Shown: piece by piece, positions 48,223 to 57,401 of the stretch
Layout: every line of letters starts with the position of its first letter
Position numbering within the stretch: position 1 is the stretch's first letter
Source: Granulicella sp.
GTDB lineage: Bacteria; Acidobacteriota; Terriglobia; Terriglobales; Acidobacteriaceae
Assembly (NCBI GenBank): GCA_027339965.1
Contig: DAHWNL010000082.1
Span: 1 to 64,000, forward strand
Direction: 5' to 3'
DNA length: 64,000 nucleotides
Position numbers and translations under genes: made by a program
Notes under the pieces: generated by a model
What the model saw: only the letters and a program-made list of their open reading frames with translations
Databases searched by the model: none
Told to the model about the DNA's origin: nothing

Positions 48223-49044
48223 TCAGGAGCCCAGCCCTTTGCGAGGCTTGGCCGCCTGCGACGGCGGCGGGGTTGCCGGGGTGTCTGGTTGCTGGTCTCC
48301 GCGGCGCTGGCGCATGGCCTCATACATCACCACAGCTCCCGCGACGGAGACATTGAGAGAGCTGACGCTGCCCGCCATGGGGATGCGCAGAAGATGGTCG
48401 CAGGTACGCTTGACCAGGTCATGCAGACCGGAGCCCTCCCGGCCCAGGACCAGACAGATGTCTTGGCGGAAGTCGAAGGCGGTGTACTCCTTGGCGCCGC
48501 GTTCGTCCAATCCGACGATCCAGATGTTGTGCTTCTTCATGGTCTCCAGGGCGCGGGTAATGTTGACTGTCTGGGCGATGCGCATGTGCTCGCTGGCTCC
48601 CGCCGAGGCTTTGCAGGCGACCGCCGAGAGAGGAGCGGAGCGGCGCTCCGGAAGCAGGACGCCGTCAATGCCGGCTCCGTCGGCGGAGCGGAGCAGCGCA
48701 CCCAGGTTGTGAGGGTCCTCGATGCCATCCAGGGCGAGGAAGAATCGGTGGCCTGCGCTGCCCGCAGGGCTTGGCAGCGCAAGGAGATCCTCCGGGCTGA
48801 GCAGTTTGCGCTCCCGCAGAAAGGCGGCGATGCCCTGATGAGCGTCGGTTCGGCAGTGCCGGGTAAGCTGCTCGCGAGGCTCGCTGGCGATCCGGATGCC
48901 TTCCGCTCGGGCGAGATCAAGAACTGCCTCCAGGCGAGGATCACGGCGGGACTCCCGCTCCCGAGCCACACTGATATGGTCCAGGCGGCGAGAGCCGGAG
49001 CGGAGGGCCTCTTCGACAGGATGCAGGCCGTAGAGAACTTCCAT
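48223..49044 (-). CDS. rlmB: 23S rRNA G2251 2'-O-methyltransferase
   Basis: YGLHPVEEAL, HQG, DPHNLGALLRSA, GREGSG, IPMAGSVSSLNVSVA. Confidence 0.93.
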   Translation of the reverse strand: MEVLYGLHPVEEALRSGSRRLDHISVARERESRRDPRLEAVLDLARAEGIRIASEPREQLTRHCRTDAHQGIAAFLRERKLLSPEDLLALPSPAGSAGHRFFLALDGIEDPHNLGALLRSADGAGIDGVLLPERRSAPLSAVACKASAGASEHMRIAQTVNITRALETMKKHNIWIVGLDERGAKEYTAFDFRQDICLVLGREGSGLHDLVKRTCDHLLRIPMAGSVSSLNVSVAGAVVMYEAMRQRRGDQQPDTPATPPPSQAAKPRKGLGS

Positions 49045-49104
49045 CTGTTCAGTGTACCGGTTGAACCCCGGCCGCTGCAGGGCCACGAACCGGCCAATCG
49101 GTTC

Positions 49105-49473
49105 TCACTCGCCTTTGATCAAGCGGTCGGCGCGGTGGTATGAGCCCAGGTTGAAGGTGTTGTGGTATCCCTTGGCCTTCAGGCGTCTGGCGGCAACACC
49201 GCTGCGAGCCCCGCTGTGGCAGTGCAGCAGCAGGATCCGGGAACGGTCCGGACAGCGATGGGAGATGGCGGCTTCAATCTGCTGCAAGGGGATGTTGATG
49301 GCCTTGGGCAGATGGCCGGAGTTGTACTCGGCTGGAGTGCGCACGTCGATGATCAGGGCGCCGTCGCGGAGGTACTGCGGGATCTTCTCCGCCGCGGCCT
49401 GCCCGGAGCGCCGCCAGAAGTAAAAGATGGCGAAGAGCAGCGCAACAAGGAGAAGCGTGTAGCCGGAGTGCAT
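49105..49473 (-). CDS. Membrane-anchored rhodanese-domain protein
   Basis: IIDVRTPAEY..GHLP.AINIP, HCHSGARS. Confidence 0.9.
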   Translation of the reverse strand: MHSGYTLLLVALLFAIFYFWRRSGQAAAEKIPQYLRDGALIIDVRTPAEYNSGHLPKAINIPLQQIEAAISHRCPDRSRILLLHCHSGARSGVAARRLKAKGYHNTFNLGSYHRADRLIKGE

Positions 49474-49620
49474 AGGGTCTGCCTCACTGTTGGTGGGGGC
49501 GGAGGGCCCGGAGAGCGGCCTTCGGGCTGACAACGTCCTGCGTGGTGGGGCCGTCCCGGTTCCGCCTCTGTTTGAGAATAATCGAAAAGTGGATTCGAGT
49601 TCGCCTGCTTTGCAACCGCC

Positions 49621-50136
49621 TCATCCGCGGCCGCCTCCTTGACTCCCACCGCCAAAAGTTGGATTCAACCGCCAAAAAGAGAAGTTGAGGGCCGCTGCGA
49701 AGCTGACCCAGAGGAGGTAGGGCAGCATTAGCCAGCTCGCCGGCGGGGAGATGGGCCGCATGGAGACCAGTGTCGCCAGAATCAGGGCCCAGAGCAGGAT
49801 GATCTCGCCAAAGGCGGCCCCCGGTCTTCGCGCTCCGAAAAAGATCGCCGGCCACAAGGCGTTGCACAGCAGTTGCAACAGAAACAGCAGCAGAGCCGAT
49901 GGCACGCCCAGAGCCCCCCAGCGGCGCCATACCAGCCAGGCGGCCACTCCCATGGTGAGGTAGAGCGCCGACCAGACTGGACCAAAGACCCAGTTCGGCG
50001 GGGCCCAGGAGGGCCTGCGCAACGTGGCGTACCAGCCTCGAAGCGCGGGCATGGTGAACAGCGACCCAACCCCTCCGGCCGCGAAACAGACACCGACGGA
50101 GACCACAAGAGCCGTCGCTTGCTGAATGGTTGTCAT
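49621..50136 (-). CDS. tspO: TspO/MBR family tryptophan-rich sensory protein
   Basis: WYATLRRPSWAPPNWVFGPVW, LPYLLWVSFAAALN. Confidence 0.93.
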   Translation of the reverse strand: MTTIQQATALVVSVGVCFAAGGVGSLFTMPALRGWYATLRRPSWAPPNWVFGPVWSALYLTMGVAAWLVWRRWGALGVPSALLLFLLQLLCNALWPAIFFGARRPGAAFGEIILLWALILATLVSMRPISPPASWLMLPYLLWVSFAAALNFSFWRLNPTFGGGSQGGGRG

Positions 50137-50576
50137 AGGTCTCTTCCTCCTCCGGGCCGGAGCTTTCGCCCGCCGGCCAGGTGATCGGTCGCCGGGCCGG
50201 TTGCGGCGGCCTGTTGGCCTTCGCGGCGGAAGCTCTGTGTTGACGATATGGATCATGCCGCTGGAAAGGCAAACCATCCCCGGCTGTCACGACCGCCCCG
50301 GCGTCCCGGACAGCGCTCCTGCCGCCCGGTCTTGACCCCGGTCCATGCGGGGCGCGTGGCCAACGGCTCGGCTGGATTCATGGTCCGCGCCGGCCCTTCG
50401 GCAGACATTGCGGAAGAGCAGCCTGGCGAATGGTCCGCATGGCGGATGGTCTGCCGGGCGCATCGACAGTGCGCGGGCCGCGCCTGCGGCGCTCTTGTGC
50501 GGGATTTTCATCTGGGCAGGGAAGTGTTCAGCCCCCGAGATTTCCACAGGCCCATGATTTTAATGAAAACGATGAC

Positions 50577-50606
50577 TTGACAGCGCTCCGCACAAAAGTC
50601 TATAAG
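50577..50606 (+). promoter_or_regulatory. sigma70-type promoter for the TBDR
   Basis: TTGACA-18 bp-TATAAG in an AT-rich intergenic region. Confidence 0.6.
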
Positions 50607-50876
50607 TGTTTCGTTCTTCTGGATGAGTTTTATGCCCATTTGTTAAGGGTTACATTTGTTGATGAAAAAGTTTTTGCTCGACTCCGCTGCTGTCTTCCGT
50701 CCGTCCAGACCCGCAATTTTCTCTCCACCAATCGTTTGCGCACGACCGGCGGCAGGGCCGGCGCGGGACCATTCCGCCCGGTCGCCTGACTGCGGAGAAC
50801 TCGCATTCCGGGGCGGCGCTTACGGGCGATTCGCAGCCAGGCAGGCAGTAGAAGTAACTGAAGTTCGGAGGCTTTC

Positions 50877-53800
50877 ATGAAGAGACAGATTCTTTTGGAA
50901 ACGGCATTTTTGTTTGCGGCGTGTGCGTCCATGGCATCCGCTCAGGCGACAAACTCGGGAGATATCCGGGGCACGGTCACGGATGAAAGCGGAGCTGTCA
51001 TTCCCGGTGTCGTCGTAACCGTAGACGATGTGAGCAAGGATGTGACGCGCACCTTCAAGACGGACAGCGCCGGGCTGTACGACACCGGCTCCATCGTCCC
51101 CGACCAGTACATCCTGACCTTCACCAAGCCGGGCTTCAAGACCTATAGTCAAGGCCCAATCACGCTTCAGGTGGGCCTGCTCGGGTTGAATGTGAACCTC
51201 ACCGTTGGGTCCACAACGCAGAAGGTCACGGTCACCGCGAACGCGCCGCTGCTCAATACCACCTCACCCGAGCTCTCCACCACGCTGACGTCGGAGACCA
51301 TGACGCAACTGCCCCAAGTGACGCCGGTGGCCAACTGGCAGTCCTTCATCATCCTGGCGCCGGGCACATCGGGATATCAGGGAGGAAGCAATAATGCTCT
51401 GAATCCCGGCGTATCCGGAGTCTCGGCGAACGGAAGCCAGCCATTTTCCACGGCCCTGATGGACGGCGCAACCGTGTCCTCGCCACAGAGCAACGATATT
51501 GCCGTACCCGTGGTCTTTGACGCCATCTCGCAGGTCAAGATCAGCGATTCGCTCTTCTCCGCGGAGTATGGGACGGGCGGAGCCATCTATAACCAGATCA
51601 GCAAGGGCGGCACGGATCAGTTTCATGGCGAGGCTTACGAGTACTTCCAGAACAACGCCTTGAATGCCGCGCCCTACTCCTTTGGCACCAACGCTCCGGT
51701 GCCCATTCTGCATTACAACGAATTTGGAGGCAACGTCGGCGGCCCCGTTTTGCGGAGACGCATGTTCTTCTTCTTCGACTACGACAAAATCGTCGACAAT
51801 GGCGGAGCGGCGAACGGCTTCATCAATGTTCCCAGCCAGGCGATGCGGAATGGAGATTTCACCGGGCAGAACACCATCTACGACCCAACCACCCAGACGA
51901 TCGACGCCAATGGCGTTGTGCATCGCCAGTCCTTTGCTCAGGAATATGGCAACGGCAACAAGATCCCTGCGGCCTTGATCGACCCCGTCGCTCAGGCCAT
52001 TCAGGCCTACTATCCGGCGCCAAATGTGCCGGGTACAGTGGTCAACGGCATCCCAACCAAGAATTACTTTTACAACGTTCCTGCTCCAAATCCCTATTCA
52101 CGATACTTCGGCCGTCTCGACTATGACATTACGCCTTCGAACCGTTTTACGGCCTCTGAGGCCTGGGGTGACAAGGGCAGCGTGACGCTCAACCAGGGGC
52201 TCTGCCCGATCGACTGCTATACCTCTTATATCGAAAACAGCAATGCCCAGGTCTCCGACGTGTGGAGCATCACTCCCAATCTGGTCAATGAGGCGCGCTT
52301 TGGCTTCGACGACGAACTGGACTTCTTCGTTCCTTACAGCCTGAACGAAAATTTCCCCCAGAAGCTGGGCTGGCAGTTTGCCAAAGATAATCTCTTCCCC
52401 ATCATCAATATCATCGATGAATATGGCCTGACGCCTGGCGTCAATGCCGTCTACAAGGAGTTTGTCTTCGACCCATCCGATATCGTGACTCTGATCCGCG
52501 GACGTCACGTGCTGACATTTGGAGGAGAGTTCCTGGTAGAGAGGCTGGATTCCACCCCCTGGGGCAACTTGAATCCCGGGACCATGGGCTTCACGGGAGT
52601 GTATACGGCCTCGACGCAGGGCGCGCAGAATACGAGCGGTTCAGCCTATGCGGATTTTCTGCTGGGTGAAGCCAGAAGCTGGGGCGCGAGCATCACGCCG
52701 GAGTACGGTGGCCGCCTGAAGGTGCCGCAGATGTTTGTCCAGGATGACATCAAGCTTCGCCCCAACCTTACCATCGATCTCGGTTTGAGATGGATGGGAT
52801 TGACCGGGTGGCATGAGGTTCATGGCGACGAAAGAGCGTTCAGCAAGACGATTGTGAATCCTGCCACTAATACGCTCGGGGCCATGTGGTACGCGGTAAC
52901 TCACGTCGGCGGACGCACCAGTCTGCAGGCTCCCATCTGGACGACGCTCATGCCGCGTGTGGGCGTCTCCTGGCAGCCCTTCAAATATACGAGCGTGCGC
53001 TCTGGATTTGGTGTGTACACCTATCCCTGGTCAGCGGACAACTCCGGCGGAGGGCTGGGCGCGGCCTTTGCTACCAGCGGCAACGAGGCGGACTTTACCA
53101 ATGGCGTCGATCCGGTGGTATTGCTGAATTCAGATGGCAATACCAACTACCAGGGTGCCTCGGGATCCAGCATCAACTCCCGCTACCAGAAAGCGCCTCT
53201 TGCTCCAAACTCCTTCAACGGGCAGGGCGTCGGCTATGAGCAGTATCAAAGGCCGGTTCCGATTCTGTATCAGTGGAATTTGGCCGTTCAGCAACAACTC
53301 TCTCCAAACACCTCATTCCAGATCGCCTACGTCGGAAGTCATGGCGCCAACCAGGGCTTCACGACAGATCTGAATCAGGTGCCGGAGAGCAAACTTGCGC
53401 CCAATGACACACAGGCAGGCACCAACGCGCGACCCTATCCGAACTTTGAAGGTATCACCGGCTATATAGCGGAAGGTATCTCCAATTACCACTCCCTCCA
53501 GCTCACATTGGAGAAGCGTATGAGCCAGGGGTTGCAGTTCAACGTGAACTATACCTGGGCGCACTTCCTCGACGAGCAGGACACCTCCGGGCAGGGCGGC
53601 TATTTCGGCGTCCAGAAGTTCCAGAATGGCTATGTGCCATCCGCCAACTACGGTCCTTCCAACTTTGATATCGCGGATGCGGTGAAAGGGGAGGCCATTT
53701 ACAATATCCCAATCGGCAAGGGAAGGCAGTTCCTGAACAACAGCACTCTGATCGATGAGACGATCGGAGGCTGGATCCTGTCCACCACCGTGGTGGCGCA

Positions 53801-54209
53801 GACGGGCAGCCCGTTCACGGTCACCATGGCGAACGATGTCAGTTACAGCCAGGCTGGAGAGCAGTATCCAAACCAGGTTGGAAATCCGCACCTTGCCAAT
53901 CGCAGCGTGAATGAATGGTTTAACGTGGCTGCCTTCGCGTCACCCGGTCCTGCGACATTCGGAGATGTTCATCGGAATAGCCTTTACGGTCCGGACTTGT
54001 CCGATGTAGACGTAGCGCTAGGCAAGACCTTCCCAATTCCTCTTCGTGAGGGCATGAGCTTCGAATTCCAGGCCGAAGTTCAAAACCTCCCCAACCATCC
54101 CAGCTTCGCCTTGCCGGATCCACTGATCGGTCCTGGACATATCGGCCAGATCACCGGGGTTACCGTGGGAGGCCGATCCATGCAACTGGTGGCGCGGTTC
54201 CAGTTCTAA
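50877..54209 (+). CDS. TonB-dependent receptor, Oar-like with CarboxypepD_reg N-domain
   Basis: Signal peptide, GTVTDESGAVIPG, KGGTDQFHGEAYEYFQN, QDDIKLRPNLTIDLGLRW, C-terminal MQLVARFQF. Confidence 0.93.
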   Translation: MKRQILLETAFLFAACASMASAQATNSGDIRGTVTDESGAVIPGVVVTVDDVSKDVTRTFKTDSAGLYDTGSIVPDQYILTFTKPGFKTYSQGPITLQVGLLGLNVNLTVGSTTQKVTVTANAPLLNTTSPELSTTLTSETMTQLPQVTPVANWQSFIILAPGTSGYQGGSNNALNPGVSGVSANGSQPFSTALMDGATVSSPQSNDIAVPVVFDAISQVKISDSLFSAEYGTGGAIYNQISKGGTDQFHGEAYEYFQNNALNAAPYSFGTNAPVPILHYNEFGGNVGGPVLRRRMFFFFDYDKIVDNGGAANGFINVPSQAMRNGDFTGQNTIYDPTTQTIDANGVVHRQSFAQEYGNGNKIPAALIDPVAQAIQAYYPAPNVPGTVVNGIPTKNYFYNVPAPNPYSRYFGRLDYDITPSNRFTASEAWGDKGSVTLNQGLCPIDCYTSYIENSNAQVSDVWSITPNLVNEARFGFDDELDFFVPYSLNENFPQKLGWQFAKDNLFPIINIIDEYGLTPGVNAVYKEFVFDPSDIVTLIRGRHVLTFGGEFLVERLDSTPWGNLNPGTMGFTGVYTASTQGAQNTSGSAYADFLLGEARSWGASITPEYGGRLKVPQMFVQDDIKLRPNLTIDLGLRWMGLTGWHEVHGDERAFSKTIVNPATNTLGAMWYAVTHVGGRTSLQAPIWTTLMPRVGVSWQPFKYTSVRSGFGVYTYPWSADNSGGGLGAAFATSGNEADFTNGVDPVVLLNSDGNTNYQGASGSSINSRYQKAPLAPNSFNGQGVGYEQYQRPVPILYQWNLAVQQQLSPNTSFQIAYVGSHGANQGFTTDLNQVPESKLAPNDTQAGTNARPYPNFEGITGYIAEGISNYHSLQLTLEKRMSQGLQFNVNYTWAHFLDEQDTSGQGGYFGVQKFQNGYVPSANYGPSNFDIADAVKGEAIYNIPIGKGRQFLNNSTLIDETIGGWILSTTVVAQTGSPFTVTMANDVSYSQAGEQYPNQVGNPHLANRSVNEWFNVAAFASPGPATFGDVHRNSLYGPDLSDVDVALGKTFPIPLREGMSFEFQAEVQNLPNHPSFALPDPLIGPGHIGQITGVTVGGRSMQLVARFQF

Positions 54210-54289
54210 AACCAGGTAGGAGAAGACCCTGCCTTGTCCCTGAGGCAGTCGCAGCGCCCCTGAGGCAGTCCAGCGCGATGTCTGCAAAC

Positions 54290-54348
54290 TCATCCAGAGA
54301 CTCTTTGATCGTGAGCCGCCGGCGCGCGACCGCAGAGTCTCTGGATGA
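54290..54348. repeat. Long hairpin between convergent genes
   Basis: Perfect 15-bp inverted repeat TCATCCAGAGACTCT/AGAGTCTCTGGATGA with a partly paired interior. Confidence 0.7.
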
Positions 54349-54634
54349 ATCGCTTTGAGGGCGCCCATCTGTTGCAACCGGAGCCCGGCACGCGGCCCGC
54401 GCCGGCAAATTTGGTGAAGCAGATCCTGGGCAGCCGTTGTCTCGAAATCGTTGCTGCTGGCACTCGCGCAACCCGCAGACGAGTCAGTCAGGGGCGTGCG
54501 GGGCGGCCAGGCGAGGATTCGATTGCCGGTGTTGCCGAAAGATCGCGGCCGGGAGCAGGCTGCCACCGGAGAGAGAGCCGCGTTGGATCCGAGCAAAGAG
54601 CGTCCTTGTTCCACTCTGGCGAGATCGCCGTGGG

Positions 54635-55843
54635 TCACTTTTGGGGTGCGCCGTCAGAGGAATCGGGGCCAACCGACTGAACGCGAATCTGCCGGAAGAC
54701 CTTGCTGAACTGATCCTGCAGCGCCTTGTAGTGCAAAAAGGCGGCCATCTCCTGCTTGGCGGCGGCGGGCTGGCCGGCCTGGCGGTAGAGCATGCTCAAC
54801 CGGTAATGCGCCACGATGTTCGTAGGGTCCTCTTTGACTGCTTCTTGTAGCAGAGCCATCGCCTGGTGTGGATGCTTCATATAGGTCAGCATCTTCGCCA
54901 TGTCGGTTTGCGCCTCGCCATCGGAGGGCTGGAGCGCCAGCGCACGCTTGAAGTCCTGCTCCGCCGCCTTCCAGTTCTCCTTGCTTGCTTCCACCTCTCC
55001 CAGGCCTCGCCAGGAGCCTTCATCATACTGGTTGACGGCTAGCGCTGCCTTGTATTCCGGGCCGGCTTGCGCCTGAAGCTTTGGATTGGAAGAGAGATGC
55101 AGCAGCTCGGCCAGCTCATAGTGCGCGCCGGGCAACTTGGGGTTCAGCCGCAGCGCCTTCTGGTATTCAGCAATGGCCGCCGGATTATCTCCCTGGCGCA
55201 CCAACTCGTGGGCCATCATGATCTGCATCTCCGCGGAGTCAGGGGCCACCACAACCATACTGAGCAGCGTCTGGTCCATGAGGCGCGAGTACACCTGATA
55301 GACCACCGACAGGATATAGGGGTCGTCGGGCGCCGCGCTTTGCAACTCCGCGGCCGCAGAGGCGGCTTGATCCAGCTTTCCCTCGGCAGTGTCATCTTCG
55401 ATGAGCGCCAATCCAGCTTCGATCTGTATCTTTTTATCCTGCAAATGCCGGAAGGCGGTCTTCAGGTCGGTGCGTGCTCCGTCGAGATTGCCCATGCGCT
55501 CTTCGGCGATACCCAGCAAAGCCTGAATCTTGTAGAGGTCGGGTTGCAATTGCAGAGCGGACCGGAGCCGCGCGGCGGCTTCAGGGTACTGCCCTTGAAA
55601 GTAGAGCAGCACACCCAGATTTCCGAGCGCATCCACATCGTTCGGCTCCAGCGCGACGATCTTGCGGAGCACGGGAATGGCGCGATCAGGCTGCTGTTGC
55701 TGTAGATCCTGCTGAAGCTCGCGATTCAGATCTGCCAGTTGCGCGGCCGCGTCCGTGGCGCCGGTTTGCGCGAAGAGCGGCTGCGGCAGCAAGAGCGGTA
55801 TTGCGGCGATGAAGCTGCTGAAGAACGGTGTTTTGATACGCAT
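54635..55843 (-). CDS. Exported TPR-repeat protein
   Basis: Signal peptide; several A..Y..AL.L.P TPR units. Confidence 0.9.
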   Translation of the reverse strand: MRIKTPFFSSFIAAIPLLLPQPLFAQTGATDAAAQLADLNRELQQDLQQQQPDRAIPVLRKIVALEPNDVDALGNLGVLLYFQGQYPEAAARLRSALQLQPDLYKIQALLGIAEERMGNLDGARTDLKTAFRHLQDKKIQIEAGLALIEDDTAEGKLDQAASAAAELQSAAPDDPYILSVVYQVYSRLMDQTLLSMVVVAPDSAEMQIMMAHELVRQGDNPAAIAEYQKALRLNPKLPGAHYELAELLHLSSNPKLQAQAGPEYKAALAVNQYDEGSWRGLGEVEASKENWKAAEQDFKRALALQPSDGEAQTDMAKMLTYMKHPHQAMALLQEAVKEDPTNIVAHYRLSMLYRQAGQPAAAKQEMAAFLHYKALQDQFSKVFRQIRVQSVGPDSSDGAPQK

Positions 55844-55904
55844 CGAGCCTTCCTGTCGCCGCCCATCTTGTCTCCAGTTCATCAGGCGATGGGCCAGCGT
55901 CCAT

Positions 55905-56924
55905 CTAGTTTGGGCCGGCGCCGCATGCGGATACGCATGTCACGCCGGTCTTTGTGTCGATCGTCCATGGCGAGGGCGGAGGAAGCAGCATCGTGCCGTC
56001 GCCCATTTGCAGCGGCATCCAGAGATAGCGTGAATCCCAGAGCGACCGCGGCTTCCAGATATCGCCCATGAAGACGACCGTGGTTTGCTTCTTCCCCGTC
56101 ACCTTGAAGAGCATGGTGGACTGCGAACCATAAGTATCCTGGGATGCGGGAGCAATCTGCTTGAACTCGCTCCACGGACCGGAGAGAGCTTTGGCTGTCG
56201 CGTAGACATTCGGATTGGGGCGCCACCCGGTCATGTGCGAGCCGAGCACGTAATAAATCCCCTGATCATGCACCAGGGCTCCTCCCTCCAGCGGCATAGC
56301 GAGAAAAGCGGTCTGCTTCTCAATGCTCAGCCGATCAGCGGAAAGCTGCGCAATGTAGAAGCCGTGGGAGGGCCGGGACTCGAAGATCAGATAGGCGGAG
56401 CCGTCATCGTCGACAAATTGCCCGATGTCACGGGATTCCAGGCCCAGCGGCCGGAAGCTGCGGACGTATTTGTAGGGGCCGGTGATGCGGCTGCTGATCG
56501 CGGTGGCGACATGGGCATATCTGTAGTGGGCGTTGTCCAGGTGCATGTACATGACGAAGTGGTGCGTCAGCGGGCTGTAATAGACCTTCGGCCGCTCGAG
56601 TACCCAGTGAGGGCCAAGATGTTCAGGATCGGAGAGCTGCAATGCGTACCCGCGAAACTTCCAATGCTCCAGATCGGATGAAGAATAACAGGTCACGGAA
56701 TGTTTGCGCGGATCCTGACCTGTGGATCGGTCTTCACCAAACCAGTACCAGGTGTGGCCGTAGTGCAGTATGCCGCCGCCGTGAGCCTGGATTGGCTGTC
56801 CCCGATTGTCCAGCCAAACGGCTCCGGGCCGGATCTGGTTTGAGGAAGCGGCCTGGGAGAGGCAGGGTAGAAGAGCGGCCAGCAAAGCCACCGCCAATGA
56901 CTGGAAACCCTTTACATTTGGCAT
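55905..56924 (-). CDS. GH43 glycoside hydrolase (GH43_24-like)
   Basis: IQAHGGG, YYW-type WYWFGE, ERPKV, SRDIGQFVDDDG, YGSQ, YLWMPL. Confidence 0.88.
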   Translation of the reverse strand: MPNVKGFQSLAVALLAALLPCLSQAASSNQIRPGAVWLDNRGQPIQAHGGGILHYGHTWYWFGEDRSTGQDPRKHSVTCYSSSDLEHWKFRGYALQLSDPEHLGPHWVLERPKVYYSPLTHHFVMYMHLDNAHYRYAHVATAISSRITGPYKYVRSFRPLGLESRDIGQFVDDDGSAYLIFESRPSHGFYIAQLSADRLSIEKQTAFLAMPLEGGALVHDQGIYYVLGSHMTGWRPNPNVYATAKALSGPWSEFKQIAPASQDTYGSQSTMLFKVTGKKQTTVVFMGDIWKPRSLWDSRYLWMPLQMGDGTMLLPPPSPWTIDTKTGVTCVSACGAGPN

Positions 56925-57401
56925 AGCGCCGATAAACTCCTGAAAGCCAAGGTCATCTGCCGCGCCGCCTGGAAGACAAGCCACCTGGAAGACAAGCCGA
57001 TCGGAGGCTCAATGCATGCGCGGATCTTCCGGCCGGCAAACCCTGAGTATATCTTCCGACCGGCGCTTTTCCAATCGATCTTCTGCTCGGGTTTTGCGCG
57101 CTCGGGTCTTGCGCCATGGGGCAAGCTCTCACGATTCATTGCTGCAGACCGAAGATCTTGAAGAGCCGCCATCTTTGGCCGTCTTGTTGAAGGAGGGTTG
57201 GGCGTACGCGGTGGCTCCGGGGTTACACTTCGGGCCGCAGACGGCTCAAGTTTGCAGCGCCCAGGCCGCGGAGCGGCATGGCGCGGCGCAACCTGCGGCT
57301 TGGGATCCCCGGCAGCGGGAGCGGCAAACCTGCCGCTGTCCCAGCGTCCGGCAACTCCGGCACCGCCGCCGGCTTCGGCTTGCGGCCGATTACGGCCCAA
57401 A

